Shown here in pieces: positions 37,512 through 50,264 of a stretch of DNA of 64,000 bases. A model generated the notes under the pieces. The model was not told where the DNA came from, did not search any database, and saw only the letters and a list, made by a program, of their open reading frames with translations. Every line of letters starts with the position of its first letter. Positions within the stretch are counted from its first letter, which is position 1. The translations under genes were made by a program, and so were the position numbers. The DNA comes from Malacoraja senta (lineage: Eukaryota): the NCBI GenBank assembly GCA_038087875.1, contig JAXLNO010005073.1, positions 248,001 through 312,000 of the forward strand. The letters are read 5' to 3'.

Positions 37512-38255
37512 ATGGGTCAATTGCAGGCACATGGGTCTAGCTTGGATGGAGCAACTTGGATGGTATAGACTAGTTGAGCCAAAGGACATGGTTCTGTGCT
37601 GTATGACTCTATGACTCTTTGACTTTATAAAAAGGTGATAAGAATTTAAATTGTGCCCTCTCTCTAAACAGGTTTGGGCAATCAAAGACAGACAGCTCCA
37701 CCATCAAAAAGAAACACAGAAAGTGAATCTCAACTTTAAGGCAACCTTGAAGAAATTCAGCAGATGGCAGGTGTAGTGGCCATTTGGCCTGTTTTACATG
37801 TCACTGATGATGGCATGTGCCTTTAAATTTTAGACTGCCCGTTGTATTGTGGGTGGGATTTATGACGTGTTTTTAGGCATGTTTGGAACTTAGATGCTTG
37901 CGCAGAAGTCTAGTTTTTAGATTAGTTTGGAGAGACGATGGAGAAGGTCAAACCTTCGACCATGTCAATGTTACGGAGACACGAGGAGTTTTGTCATGTT
38001 TAAAGTTGCAAGTTGGAATTGAAGGAAGATTGCAGCAACGAGTCGGAAGAAACTTGGATGTATCTTGCTGTTTACCATCAACAATAAAGCATTTATTCAA
38101 CAAAAGACTGTGTGTTGAAGCTTTATGAGTGAAGAGGCTCTGAAGGTCTCTGAGGAAGCTTGCATGAGTATTGAAGATATTCCCCTTATCCATTCTCATC
38201 CAAATAGCGGCTAGAGAATTTGTTTCTCAAAAGATAAGAAAAATCTGCCGTTACA

Positions 38256-38547
38256 ATAAGTCGAAGGGTACCTCCGGCAGGGGGGTTAAATACTAGTCCC
38301 AGAGACCGGGACAGAAGATTAAATCAAAGGGAACCTCCGGCTGGGGGGTTAAGTACTAGTCCCAGAGAGTGGGACAGAAGATTAAATCGAAGGGAACCTC
38401 CGGCAGGGGGGTTAAATACTAGTCCCAGAGAGTGGGACAGAAGATGAAATCAAAGGGAACCTCCGGCAGGGGGTTAAATACTAGTCCCAGAGAGTGGGAC
38501 AGAAGATTAAATCGAAGGGAACCTCCGGCTGGGGGGTGAAATACTAG
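38256..38547. repeat. 63-bp tandem repeat x4.6 with GTCCCA-GAGAG-TGGGAC hairpin
   Basis: Unit starts at 38261, 38324, 38387, 38450, 38512. Confidence 0.95.
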
Positions 38548-40798
38548 AAAGGGACATTGAGGGTGGTCTTTGACTGTGCTGCAGTCTTTAAAAGTACATC
38601 GCTTAACAGTGAACTACTGCAAGGTCCAGTCCTTACCAACTCACTCATTGGAGTTCTCATCAAATTTAGGCAAGAACCGATTGCTTTAATGGCTGACATC
38701 AGATCGATGTTTCATCAAGTGAAAGTAGCTGGTGAACATATTGATTACCTGCGATTCTTATGGTGGCCTGAAGGGGATGTGCAGCAAGATCTTGTTGATT
38801 ACCGGATGAAAGTACATCTCTTTGGAGCCGTGTCATCTCCAAGTTGTGCGAACTTCGCTTTAAGGAAGACCGCAGAGGATAATAAAGATTATTTCCCAGA
38901 GGAGGTAATTTCCACTTTGACAAATAATTCCTACGTGGACGATTGCCCAAAATCCATATCTACTGAGCAGAAAGCAATTCAAATGGTAAAACACCTGACC
39001 TCTCTCTGCAATAAGGGAGGATTTGTACTTTCCAAGTGGATCAGCAACAATCGTGTTGTATTGGAAAGCATTCCACCAGATGACAGAGCTGAAGAAACCA
39101 AGGAGTTGGATTTAGTTAAAAACAATTTGCCAATGGAAAGGGCACTGGGACTGCACTGGTGCGTGGAAACGGATGTGTTTAAGTTTAAATTGTCGATTCA
39201 GGAGCGACCATGTACAAGAAGGGGTATATTTTCTGTGATTGGCTCAGTATACGACCCTTTGGGATTTCCTGCACCATTTACACTGCCAGCCAAGTTAATT
39301 TTACAAAATCTTTGTAAGGAAAAACTTGGATGGGATGAGAGTATAACTCAAACATCCTCGCACCGTTGGCCAGAATGGTTAACGGACTCCATAAAATTTC
39401 AAAGTTTAAGGTGGATCGGTGCATAAAGCCTAAAAACTTTGGTAAGATCAGAAGTGCACAATTGCATCATTTTTCGGATGTCAGTGAAAGTGGTTACAGG
39501 ACTGTTTCATATTAAAGACTGCAAAATGTTAGCAAAAGAGTGCATGTTGCATTCTTAATGAGAAAAGCCAGAGTGGCACCACTGAAACAAATGACGATTC
39601 CCAGAATGGAACTTACAGCAGCAGTCTTAGCTGTTAAAATTGACATAATGCTGCAAAAGGAACTACAATTTCAACTGGAAGAATCTATCTTCTGGACCGA
39701 TAGCACTACGGTTCTGAAATACATCAATAATGAAAACAAACGCTTTATGACATTTGTAGCAAATTGAGTCTCCTTTGTATTGGGAGCTACTAATGTTTCT
39801 CAATGAAGATATGTTAGCACCAAAGAAAATCCTGCGGATGAAGCCTCTAGAGGACTAACAGCAAATTGTTTTCTAAACAACAGGAGATGGATCAATGTGC
39901 CCAAGTTTCTTTGTGAACAAAGCAGAGAATGGCCAAAGCTTGAACTCGGATATGAAATCTCTGTAAATGATCCGGAAATTAAACAAAACATTTCGGTGAT
40001 TGTGATTGCTAAAGACTCATATGACACCGTGAACAATTTAATTACCCACTTTTCATCATGGAATAAATTGATAACTTCTTAAGATAAATTGATAATTGTT
40101 CTTAAAATAAAAACAAGTTTATTGCTGGCGGCTCGAGAAAGGAGACAAATTACAGAGTATCCTGGGAGAGAATCCTGATAAACGGAAAGGAGAGATTGAA
40201 GGCCAGATGCAAGTTTTTGAAGCTTCATATGACGTACAGGATTTACGTCTTGATGATGTCCTCAAGGCGGAAAATGCGATCATCTCTTTCTGTCAAAGAC
40301 AGAAATACAAAGAAGAAATATTAACATTGGAAGCTGGAGGACAGGGGGTAAAAAGAAACAGTCAATTGTACAAGCTCGACCCAGTCTGGGAGGAAGGTCT
40401 TCTGCGGATGGGTGGTCGCCTAAACAAATTGGCAATGCCCGTAAAAACTAAACATCCTATCATTCTCTCAAAGGACTTTTACATAACGACATTATTTTTA
40501 CGACATATTCAGGAACAAGTTAGACATGGAGGAAGAAATTATATGTTGTCCCAACTTGGTAACAAATATTGGGTTATCAAGACTGATTCTGCAGCATCAC
40601 GAGGTTCTTGGTTGATGGGAAGAATACTAGAAATCATGCCTCACGTTCAGGGTTTGGTGCGTATGGTACGTCTTAAAACAAAAAACTATGTTTTAATAAG
40701 ACCAATAACCAAGTTGTGTTTGCTTCTAGAAGGCGAAGGTGAAGATGGAAGAGTCGATGAAGGGCCATGATTGCGGATATATAGTGCATGCTATTTTT

Positions 40799-40873
40799 TC
40801 CTCGTTAGTATCGTGTTTAGTATCCCTGCCTGTCACGCGTTAGACCGGGGTTCAATTTGCCGACGAGGAGCCA
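40799..40873 (+). tRNA. Degenerate tRNA-Asp(GTC) copy followed by CCA, inside the BEL element
   Basis: TCCTCGTTAGTATCGTGTTTAGTATCCCTGCCTGTCACGCGTTAGACCGGGGTTCAATTTGCCGACGAGGAG-CCA; about 9-10 changes from the vertebrate tRNA-Asp I recall; acceptor stem TCCTCGT/ACGAGGA perfect. Confidence 0.85.
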
Positions 40874-41242
40874 CAGGGTTTAATTCCCTGACCTTTTGCT
40901 TTTGATATATGTATAGCCTTTATGGCCATTTTTTAAATGTTTATTAGTAATTGCCTCATTAGATACTCGGAACAATTAGGAGCCGGTATGTAGTGGCCAT
41001 TTGGCCTGTTTTGCATGGCACTGATGATGGCATGTGCCTTTAAATTTTAGACTGCCCGTTGTATTGTGGGTGGGATTTATGACGTGTTTTTAGGCGTGTT
41101 TGGAGCTTAGATGCTTGCGCAGAAGTCTAGTTTTTAGATTAGTTTGGAGAGACGATGGAGAAGGTCAATCCTTCAACCATGTCAATGTTACGGAGACACG
41201 AGGAGTTTTGTAATGTTTAAAGTTGCAAGTTGGAATTGAAGG

Positions 41243-44200
41243 GACTCAAATAGAGAATGCTATTAGACAGTGTGTGAGGCAGGAGGCAGAGAAGGAAAGC
41301 ACTCAGACCCAACATGTAGGGGGGAAAGAAGAAAACAATAATAAACAGAGAATAAGAGGTGGTGAGGTTCTTAAATGGGTGAGCAGAGAAACAGAGGGGT
41401 GTAAAATGCGGGCGGAAGCAATAGGTAGCAATGTGAAAAGTAAAAGTGGCAGGCAGACAAATCCACGGCAAAAATCAAAAAGAGTCACTTTTCAACATCA
41501 TTGTATAAGGGGTAAGAGCGTTGTAAAAACAAGCCTGAAGGCTTTGTGTCTCAATGCAACGAGCATTCGTAATAAGGTGGATGGGTTGAACGTGCAGATA
41601 GCAATTAATGATTATGATATAGTTGGGATCACGGAGACATGGCTCCAGGGTGACCAAGGCTGGGAGCTGAACATCCAGGGATATTCAATATTTAGGAGGG
41701 ATAGAGAGAAAGGAAAAGGAGGTGGGGTAGCGTTGCTGGTTAGAGAGGAGATTAACGCAGTGGAAAGGAAGGACATTAGCTTGGAGGATGTGGAATCGGT
41801 ATGGGTAGAGCTGCGAAACACTAAGGGGCAGAAAACGCTGGTGGGTGTTGTGTACAGGCCACCTAGCAGTAGTAGTTAAGTTGGGGATGGCATCAAACAG
41901 GAAATTAGAAATGCGTGCAACAAAGGCAAAGCAGTTATAATGGGTGACTTCAATCTACATATAGATTGGGTGAATCAAATTGGCAGGGGTGCTGAGGAAG
42001 AGGATTTCTTGGAATGTATGAGGGATAGTTATCTAAACCAACATGTAGAGGAACCAACGAGAGAGCAGGCTATTCTAGACTGGGTATTGAGTAATGAGGA
42101 AGGGTTAGTTAGCAGACTTGTTGTGCGTGCCCCCTTGGGCAGGAGTGACCATAATATGGTTGAGTTCTTCATTAGGATGGAGAGTGACATTGTTAATTCA
42201 GAAACAACGGTTCTGAACTTAAAGAAAGGTAACTTTGAGGGTATGAGACGTGAATTGGCCAAGATTGACTGGCAATTCGTTCTAAAAGGGTTGACGGTGG
42301 ACATGCAATGGAAGGCATTTAAAGACTGCATGGATGAACTACAAAAATTGTTCATCCCAGTTTGGCAAAAGAATAAATCAGGGAAGGTAGTGCATCCGTG
42401 GATAACAAGGGAAATCAGGGATAGTATCAAAGCAAAAGATGATGCGTACAAATTAGCCAGAAAAAGCAGCATACCAAAGGACTGGGAGAAATTCAGAGAC
42501 CTGCAGAGGAGGACAAAGGGCTTAATTAGGAAAGGGAAAATAGATTATGAAAGGAAACTGGCAGGGAACATAAAAACTGACTGCAAAAGTTTTTATAGAT
42601 ATGTGAAGAGAAAGAGATTAGTTAAAACAAATGTAGGTCCCTTGCAGTCAGAAACAGGTGAATTGATCATGGGGAACAAGGATATGGCGGACCAATTGAA
42701 TAACTACTTTGGTTCCGTCTTCACTAAGGAAGACATAAATAATCTGCCGGAAATAGCAGGGGGCCGCGGGTCAAAGGAGATGGAAGAACTGAGTGAAATC
42801 CAGGTTAGTCGGGAAGTGGTGTTGGGTAAATTGAATGAATTAAAGGCCGATAAATCACCAGGGCCAGATAGGCTGCATCCCAGAGTACTTAAGGAAGTAG
42901 CTCCAGAAATAGTGGATGCATTAGTGATAATTTTTCAAAACTCTTTGGATTCTGGAGTAGTTCCTGAGGATTGGAGGGTAGCAAACGTAACCCCACTTTT
43001 TAAGAAGGGAGGGAGAGAGAAAACGGGGAATTACAGACCAGTTAGTCTAACATCGGTAGTGGGGAAACTGCTAGAGTCAGTTATTAAAGATGGGATAGCA
43101 GCACATTTGGAAAGTGGTGAAATCATTGGACAAAGTCAGCATGGATTTACGAAAGGTAAATCGTGTCTGACGAATCTTATAGAATTTTTCGAGGATGTAA
43201 CTAGTAGAGTGGATAGGGGAGAACCAGTGGATGTGTTGTATCTGGACTTTCAGAAGGCTTTCGACAAGGTACCACATAAGAGATTAGGATACAAACTTAA
43301 ATCACACGGTATTGGGGTTTCAGTATTAATGTGGATAGAGAACTGGCTGGCAAACAGGAAGCAAAGAGTAGGAGTAAACGGGTCCTTTTCACAATGGCAG
43401 GCAGTGACTAGTGGGGTACCGCAAGGCTCAGTGCTGGGACCCCAGCTATTTACAATTTATATTAATGATCTGGACGAGGGAATTGAAAGCAACATCTCCA
43501 AGTTTGCGGATGACACGAAGCTGGGGGGCAGTGTTAGCTGTGAGGAGGATGCTAGGAGACTGCAAGGTGACTTGGATAGGCTGGGTGAGTGGGAAATGTT
43601 TGGCAGATGCAGTATAATGTGGATAAATGTGAGGTTATCCACTTTGGTGGCAAAAACGGGAAGGCAGACTATTATCTAAATGGTGGCCGATTAGGAAATG
43701 GGGAGATGCAGCGAGACCTGGGTGTCATGGTACACCAGTCATTGAAAGTAGGCATGCAGGTGCAGCAGGCAGTGAAGAAAGCGAATGGTATGTTGGCCTT
43801 CATAGCAAGAGGATTTGAGTATAGGAGCAGGGAGGTTCTACTGCAGTTGTACAGGGCCTTGGTGAGACCACACCTGGAGTATTGCGTACAGTTTTGGTCT
43901 CCAAATCTGAGGAAGGACATTATAGCCATAGAGGGAGTGCAGACAAGGTTCACCAGACTGATTCCTGGGATGTCAGGACTTTCATATGAAGAAAGACTGG
44001 ATAGACTTGGCTTATACTCGCTAGAATTTAGGAGATTGAGAGGGGATCTTATAGAAACGTACAAAATTCTTATGGGGTTGGACAGGCTAGATGCAGGAAG
44101 ATTGTTCCCGATGTTGGGGAAGTCCAGGACAAGGGGTCACAGCTTAAGGATAAGGGGGAAAACCTTTAAGACCGAGATGAGGAAAAACGTTTTCACACAG

Positions 44201-44438
44201 AGAGTGGTGAATCTCTGGAACTCTCTGCCACAGCGGGTAGTTGAGGCCAGTTCATTGGCTATATTTAAGAGGGAGTTAGATGTGGCCCTTGTGGCTAAAG
44301 GGATCAGGGGGTATGGAGAGAAGGCAGGTATGGGATACTGAGTTGGATGATCAGCCATGATCATATTGAATGGCGGTGCAGGCTCGAAGGGCCGAATGGC
44401 CTACTGCACCTATTTTCTTTGTATCTATGTATCTATGT
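41243..44438 (+). mobile_element. CR1 LINE (end of ORF1 + ORF2) nested in the BEL 3' LTR
   Basis: Endonuclease and RT ORFs 41223-44341 with one stop and one frameshift; (tatctatg) tail. Confidence 0.96.
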
Positions 44439-44664
44439 ATTGCAGTAACGAGTCGGGAAGAAACTTGGATGTATCTTGCTGTTTACCATCAACAATAAAG
44501 CATTTATTCAACAAAAGACTGTGTTGAAGCTTTATGAGTGAAGAAGCTCTGAAGGTCACTGAGGAAGCTTGCATGTGTATCGAAGATATTCCCCTCATCC
44601 ATTCTCATCCAAATAGCGGCTAGAGAACTCGTTTCTCAAAAGATAAGAAAAATCTGCCGCTACA

Positions 44665-44990
44665 CCGATGTTGGGTGAGTCCAGAACCAGGGGCCACTGT
44701 TTAAGAATAAGGGGTAAGCCATTTAGAACGGAGACGATGAAACACTTTTTCTCACAGAGAATTGTGAATCTGTGGAATTCTCTGCCTCAGAGGGCGGTGG
44801 AGGCAGGTTCACTGGATGCTTTCAAGAGAGAGCAAGATAGGACTCTTAAAGATAGCAGATTCAGGGCATATGGGGAGAAGGCAGGAATGAGGTACTGATT
44901 GGGAATGATCAGCCATGATCACATTGAATGGCGGTGCTGGATCGAAGGGCCGAATGGCCTACTCCAGCACCTATTGTCTATTGTCTATTG
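44665..44990 (+). mobile_element. CR1 3' fragment directly abutting the LTR end
   Basis: [11 protein letters not shown]...; ctattgtctattg tail. Confidence 0.88.
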
Positions 44991-44994
44991 TAGG

Positions 44995-45700
44995 CTAACA
45001 AAGTAGTCGAAGTGTTTACAATACATTCGGCATTTCTGATCTGTTTAAATTCGGATAATGACATGATGATGCATTTGGCTCCAGTGTCGATCTTTGCAAC
45101 AGTAATGGTGTTGACATGAAGTGAAACTTCAGGGTTGAGTTGCTTGTTAGTGGAAGCAACCAAGGAGTTTATGTTATGGCTGCTATCTTCATGCTCAGGG
45201 AGTAGAGCTGGAGGTGGCGCTGCTAGCTCTTGGTACTTACTATCAGCAGCTTCATGTTTTAACCAGTGTACAGACTGCCTTGGGAGTGATCGGATTCCAC
45301 GAGTACTGCAACATTTTGAGAAATTATTTCTTCATTTGCAAAAATGGCATATTTTTCCGAGAGCAAAGCAAAGTTTGCGATCTGCAGGGTGGGAGCTGCT
45401 ACAGTTAGAACACTTTCCAATAATCTTTGAGATTGTCGAGATGATGTGTGGGGATGTGAGCGCTATTTACGGTAGGAAGTGTCGATAGCATCGACATGGT
45501 ATGAGGAATGTGGTCCAGGTCTCAATGACCTGGTGTGAGAGGTCATGATCTCATTAATACGACAAGCATGTTCAGCTCGGGCAAGTTTCAGTTCAGTATC
45601 ACAAAGTAATTCATCGCATACTTTATCACTGAGAATTCCACCCGGATGTGGACCGAGCATCAAAAATGTGTCTAGAAATCCATTTTCGTGACCCACGTCA
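44995..45700 (-). mobile_element. Gypsy-type gag-protease remnant
   Basis: AKIDTGAKCIIMS aspartic protease motif; gag-like GILSDKVCDELLCDTELKLARAEHACR. Confidence 0.7.
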
Positions 45701-46187
45701 CGGAACTACATGAAATTTTCCACAGATTTAGATGAAATATAATTGAGAAGGTACTCATAACTCGTCATTCCCAAAAGTTGCACATTAATTAATTAAACTA
45801 ATTAGAAAATGAGATAGGGAAAGTAAGCCATATATATAATTATATATATATATACAAGTCATATATATATGACTTGTAAATATGACTGTAATCATATATA
45901 ATTAAGTATAATTATATCATAAAAAATAATATGATGAATATAATTGTGAGTGTTTTTTAATGACACTGTCGCAGAGGTCCTGCTCCTGAACCAGCCTAAT
46001 TAATGGGTGAGGGCAGTTCTTGTGGGTTCCTCCCTTTACTGAACCCCACTGACTGCCAATGTGCAGAGTGGGGGTCACGGCCATAGTGGGACAGGGGCAG
46101 TTCCAGGCTGGGGGACAGCCCTTCAAGGCATCTTCCAGTTGTTTTAATAGGAAATTTAATGAGACTGCAGCAGAGGTCCCAGGTTTT

Positions 46188-47849
46188 TTTAATTTAATTT
46201 TATTATTTTTTTAAATTATTTTTATTAGAAGTACGGTAAATTACAGTAATACACAACACTTATATCTTAATACATTTTTTATACCGCTTCATTTTTTTGA
46301 GCTTTAAGAGAAAGATAGAAGTAAGAAAAGTAAAGAAAGTGCGCAAGAGTCGTGAGGTGCAAGAGAGTGTTGTGAAAAGAAAGCCCCTTAGAAAAGAAGT
46401 TAGAGAAGGAAGTAAAGTAAGAAAGTAGATCCTAGAAAAGAAAGAAAAATAAAGTAGGAACAATCGCAGAAAGGGAACCACCAACCAAGTCTGTTTTTGT
46501 TGTTTTACCTCCCATTACCAGGTCCTGATACCATTTCTTTATTTATTTATTTTTTAAATTACTATTGCACCTCATGCTTGTAATAGGTCCAAAAACGTAG
46601 ACCACGTCTTTTGGAATTGGTCTGCTTTCCCTGCTAAGAGGAATCTCATCTCTTCCAGATGTAATGTTTCCAACATATTTGATGTCCACATTTTTATTGT
46701 TGGTGTGGGCGCATTTTTCCAGAATTTAAGTATGAGCCTTTTTCCCATTATTATCCCGTAATTGAATAAGTTCTTCTGATACACGTTTAATTCAGGGATA
46801 CCTTCCGATATTCCAAAAATGATCCATTCTGGTTTTGGTACCAGTTTTATTTTAATTAATTTTGAGAAAATATCAAATATTTCATACCAAAAATTTTGGA
46901 TTTTTGTACACAAAACAAAAGAATGCGCTATGGTAGCTTCTTGACATAGACATTTATCACAGATTGGTGAAACATTAGGAAAGATTTTATTTTATTTAGT
47001 TTTTGAATAATATAGTCTATGTAATGTTTTGAATTGGATGAGCGTATGTCGCACGTTGATCGAACATTTATGCACCTGTAGTAAGTGGTTATCCCAGCTC
47101 TCTTTTGAAATTTTTATAGCTAATTCTTGTTCCCAGTCTCTTCTAATTCCTTCTGTTGTGGGTATTTCTATGTTTAAAATGATATTATATAAGTACGATA
47201 TTAGATTAGCTGATTCCGCCTTTGTCTTCATTGCTTCATCTAGTAAGTCGGAAGGCATATTATGATAGTCTTTTGTGTATTTTTTCAGGTAATCACGAAT
47301 TTGTAGATATTTAAAATATTGATTATTTTTCAGATTATATTTCAGTTGTAGTTGTTGAAATGATAGTAATTTTCCCAATTCATACAGATCTTCGAGCGTT
47401 TTGATTCCCATTCTTTCCCATTGTATAAATGATTTGTCTATGGTTGAAGGTTTAAACGATGGGTTATTAACTATTGGTATTGAGAGAGATAGGTTTCTTA
47501 ATGTTAGATTCTGTTTTATTTGTTTCCATGTTCTAATTGTGCTATTTATAATTGGGTTTTTATTATAATTTTTATTATTCAAATTTATTGGAGAGAGAAT
47601 AATCGCTCCTATATTACTCGGGGAACAGTCCCCTTTTCCCACTATAATCCAGTCCACGTGCTGGGCAGAATTGTCCAGCAGGTGAATCATATTTTTAATA
47701 TTTACTGCCCATTTATAATACATAAAGTTAGGGAGCGCGAGACCCCCCAACTCTTTTCGTTTATTAAGGTGTGCTCTTTGTATTCTATGGGATTTATAAT
47801 CCCATATAAAATTTGTAATGTCTGAGTCCAATTTTTTGAAAAACTTTTC
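46188..47849 (-). mobile_element. L1-clade LINE, 5'-truncated
   Basis: FIW..GGLALPNF..; poly(T) at left end; TSD CCCAGGTTTT at 46178 and 47850 with TTTT/AA target. Confidence 0.93.
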
Positions 47850-48059
47850 CCCAGGTTTTAAGGGCTCATGAACCTGCCTAATTAAAGGGTCAGGACAGAT
47901 CCTCTGTGTTCCACCGTTTACTGAACCCCACTGACTGCCATAGTGGGGAGAGTGGGGGTAACGGCCATAGTGGGACTGGGGCAGTGCCAGGCTGGGTGAC
48001 AGACCTGTAAGAGGCCTGTCTTATTTCTGATGTAAATGCCACATCCTGACCAAGAATCG

Positions 48060-48770
48060 AATGATCTGATGTTTTACCCCAGACCGGGTTTATTCCGCTC
48101 CCCTGTGTGTTTATAACATTATTTACCTCAGTTTTACCCCAGACCGGGTATATACAAGATTCAAGAGAGTTTATTGTCGTGTGTCCCAGATAGGACAATG
48201 ACATTCTTGCTTTGCTTCAGCACAAAAGAATATAGACGGCATGAATACAGAACAGATCAGTGTGTCCATATACCACTGTATAAATATATACACACATGTA
48301 TAAATAAAACAGATAAAGTGCAAATAAACTGATAATGGGCTATTAATGATCAGAGTTTTGTTTGAGTTGAGTTCAATATCCTGATGGCTGTAGGGCTGTT
48401 TGTGTATTTTGTTCCCCTGTGTGTTTATAACATTATTTACTGTATTATATCGTATTATAACATTATTTACTGTCACTACGTCATGTTGTTACTTGTGGGC
48501 GGAGCACCAATGCAAATTCCTTGTATGTGAATACTTGGCCAATAAACTTACTTTACCTCAGTTTTACCCCAGACCGGGTTCATTCCACTCCCCTGTGTGT
48601 TTATAACATTATTTACTGTCACTGTATGTCATGTTGTTACTTATGGGCAGAGCACCAAGGCAAATTCCTTGTATGTGAATACCTGGCCAATAAACATACT
48701 TAACCTCAGTTTTACCCCAGACCGGGTTTATTTTGTTCCCCTGTGTGTTTATAACATTATTTACCCCAGC
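48060..48770. repeat. Irregular tandem repeat (ttttaccccagaccggg...cccctgtgtgtttataacattattta) with SINE-tail pieces
   Basis: About 4-5 imperfect units. Confidence 0.8.
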
Positions 48771-49909
48771 CCAGTGACTAAGTGGGTTTTCTCAGAGATC
48801 TTCACTTTCCTCCCACACTCCAAAGATGTGCATGTTTGTAGGTTAATTGACTTGGTATAAATGTAACATTGTCCCTATTGTGTGTAGGATAGTGTTAATG
48901 TGCGGGGATCGCTGGTCGGTGCAGATTCGTTGGGCCAAAGGGCCTGTTTCCGCGCTGTGTCCCTAAATGTGAAACGTACCATGTCACATGAAGTGTTCTC
49001 CCCGACACTGCTCCTGATACTGTGCCCTTTACCATGGACATTGAAACCCTGTGCACAAACAGAAACAGATAGGAGCATACAGGCAGTTCAAATATCTGGA
49101 GAAACACACCATGACAAACCAGATACTACTTTAACTGACAAAGAAATACTTTGAATTAAATGAGAAGTACAAGTAAAGGAACAGTAGTGAAGTTTGGCCC
49201 AGTTTATGCAACATTCGGCAGAATGGGGTAGACAGTCTAACCCTGGCAGACTCTTCCTGCATCAGAGGACCCAGTCTTTGGAGATCCTGGGTGGAAACTA
49301 ACACTAATTGGTCACCCCTTTAGAAAGGAGCAGAGAGGAGAGGAAATGGATTCTGGCAACAGACACAAACAGACTAAACCAATTATAGATTTAGATCAAT
49401 TCCAAACAAAGCTACAGTTGGGTGAATGGAAGGGGCAAGATTACTTAATTGTAATGAGTTAAACACAAGTGTCATGAACATTAAACTACTTTCCCTGCAA
49501 CAGCAGCCAACTAGGATGACTTTAACCAGGGAATGTAACCTGGTCCAAAACAAAGTGCTGGAGGTACTTGGCAGATCAGGCACCATCTACCCGACCACAA
49601 AGGGAATGGACAGATGCTGTCGTTTCCTGTTGGGGACCCTTTAAGACTGATGGAGTCGTGTAGAGAAAGTGGGAAAGAGGTGGGAGCAGGACAAAGCCTG
49701 TTATGTGATTAGTGGATACAGGGGAGAGGGTGATGGGTTGTGACATTGGCTAGGGGTGACAAGGAGACAAAAGGTGCAACAGATGAGAAGAGTGAAACGT
49801 AAAGCTGGAGTGAGGGATACGGGTGGAAGGGGATAGAGTGAAATATGAGACTGGTTTGGGAGGTGAGCATACACAGGGAAGGAGCAGAGTGACCAAGGTG
49901 CTGGGGGAA

Positions 49910-50210
49910 GTGTTCAAACCAGGGTGGGGGGTGCAGGGAAAGAGGGGGTTCCCATTACCAGGGTGGGGGGTGCAGGGAAAGAGGGGGGTCCCCATCACCA
50001 GGGTGGGGGGTGCAGGGAAAGAGGGGGTTCCCATCACCAGTGTGGGGGGTGCATGGAAAGAGGGGGTTCCCATCACCAGTGTGGGGGGAGTGTAGGGAAA
50101 GAGGGGGTTCCCATCACCAGGTTGGGGGGGGGGGGGGTGGGGGTCAGGGAAAGAGGGGGCTCCCATCACCAGGGTGGGGGGGATGCAGGGAAAGAGGGGG
50201 TTCCCATCAC
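49910..50210. repeat. 39-bp G-rich minisatellite (short paralog at 9090-9190)
   Basis: gggaaagagggggttcccatcaccagggtggggggtgca units. Confidence 0.92.
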
Positions 50211-50264
50211 CAGTATGCTGATTTCCCACCTCCATGCCACATTTCCCTTTTATCCTGGGTTAGC

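Larger units (their letters stand above)
37772..44664 (+). mobile_element. BEL/Pao LTR retrotransposon derivative: 5' LTR 37772-38255, decayed pol 38550-40770, 3' LTR 40988-41242 + 44439-44664
   Basis: TGTAG..TACA LTRs; [49 protein letters not shown]; gag/protease and integrase core missing. Confidence 0.93.

Noticed and set aside
38256-38547. Palindromic 63-bp repeats resembling a CRISPR array
   Set aside because: No unique spacers, eukaryotic context, no cas genes; it is a plain tandem repeat.
45830-45910. AT-rich palindrome acaagtcatatatatatgacttgt
   Set aside because: Short, microsatellite-centred, with no associated element termini.
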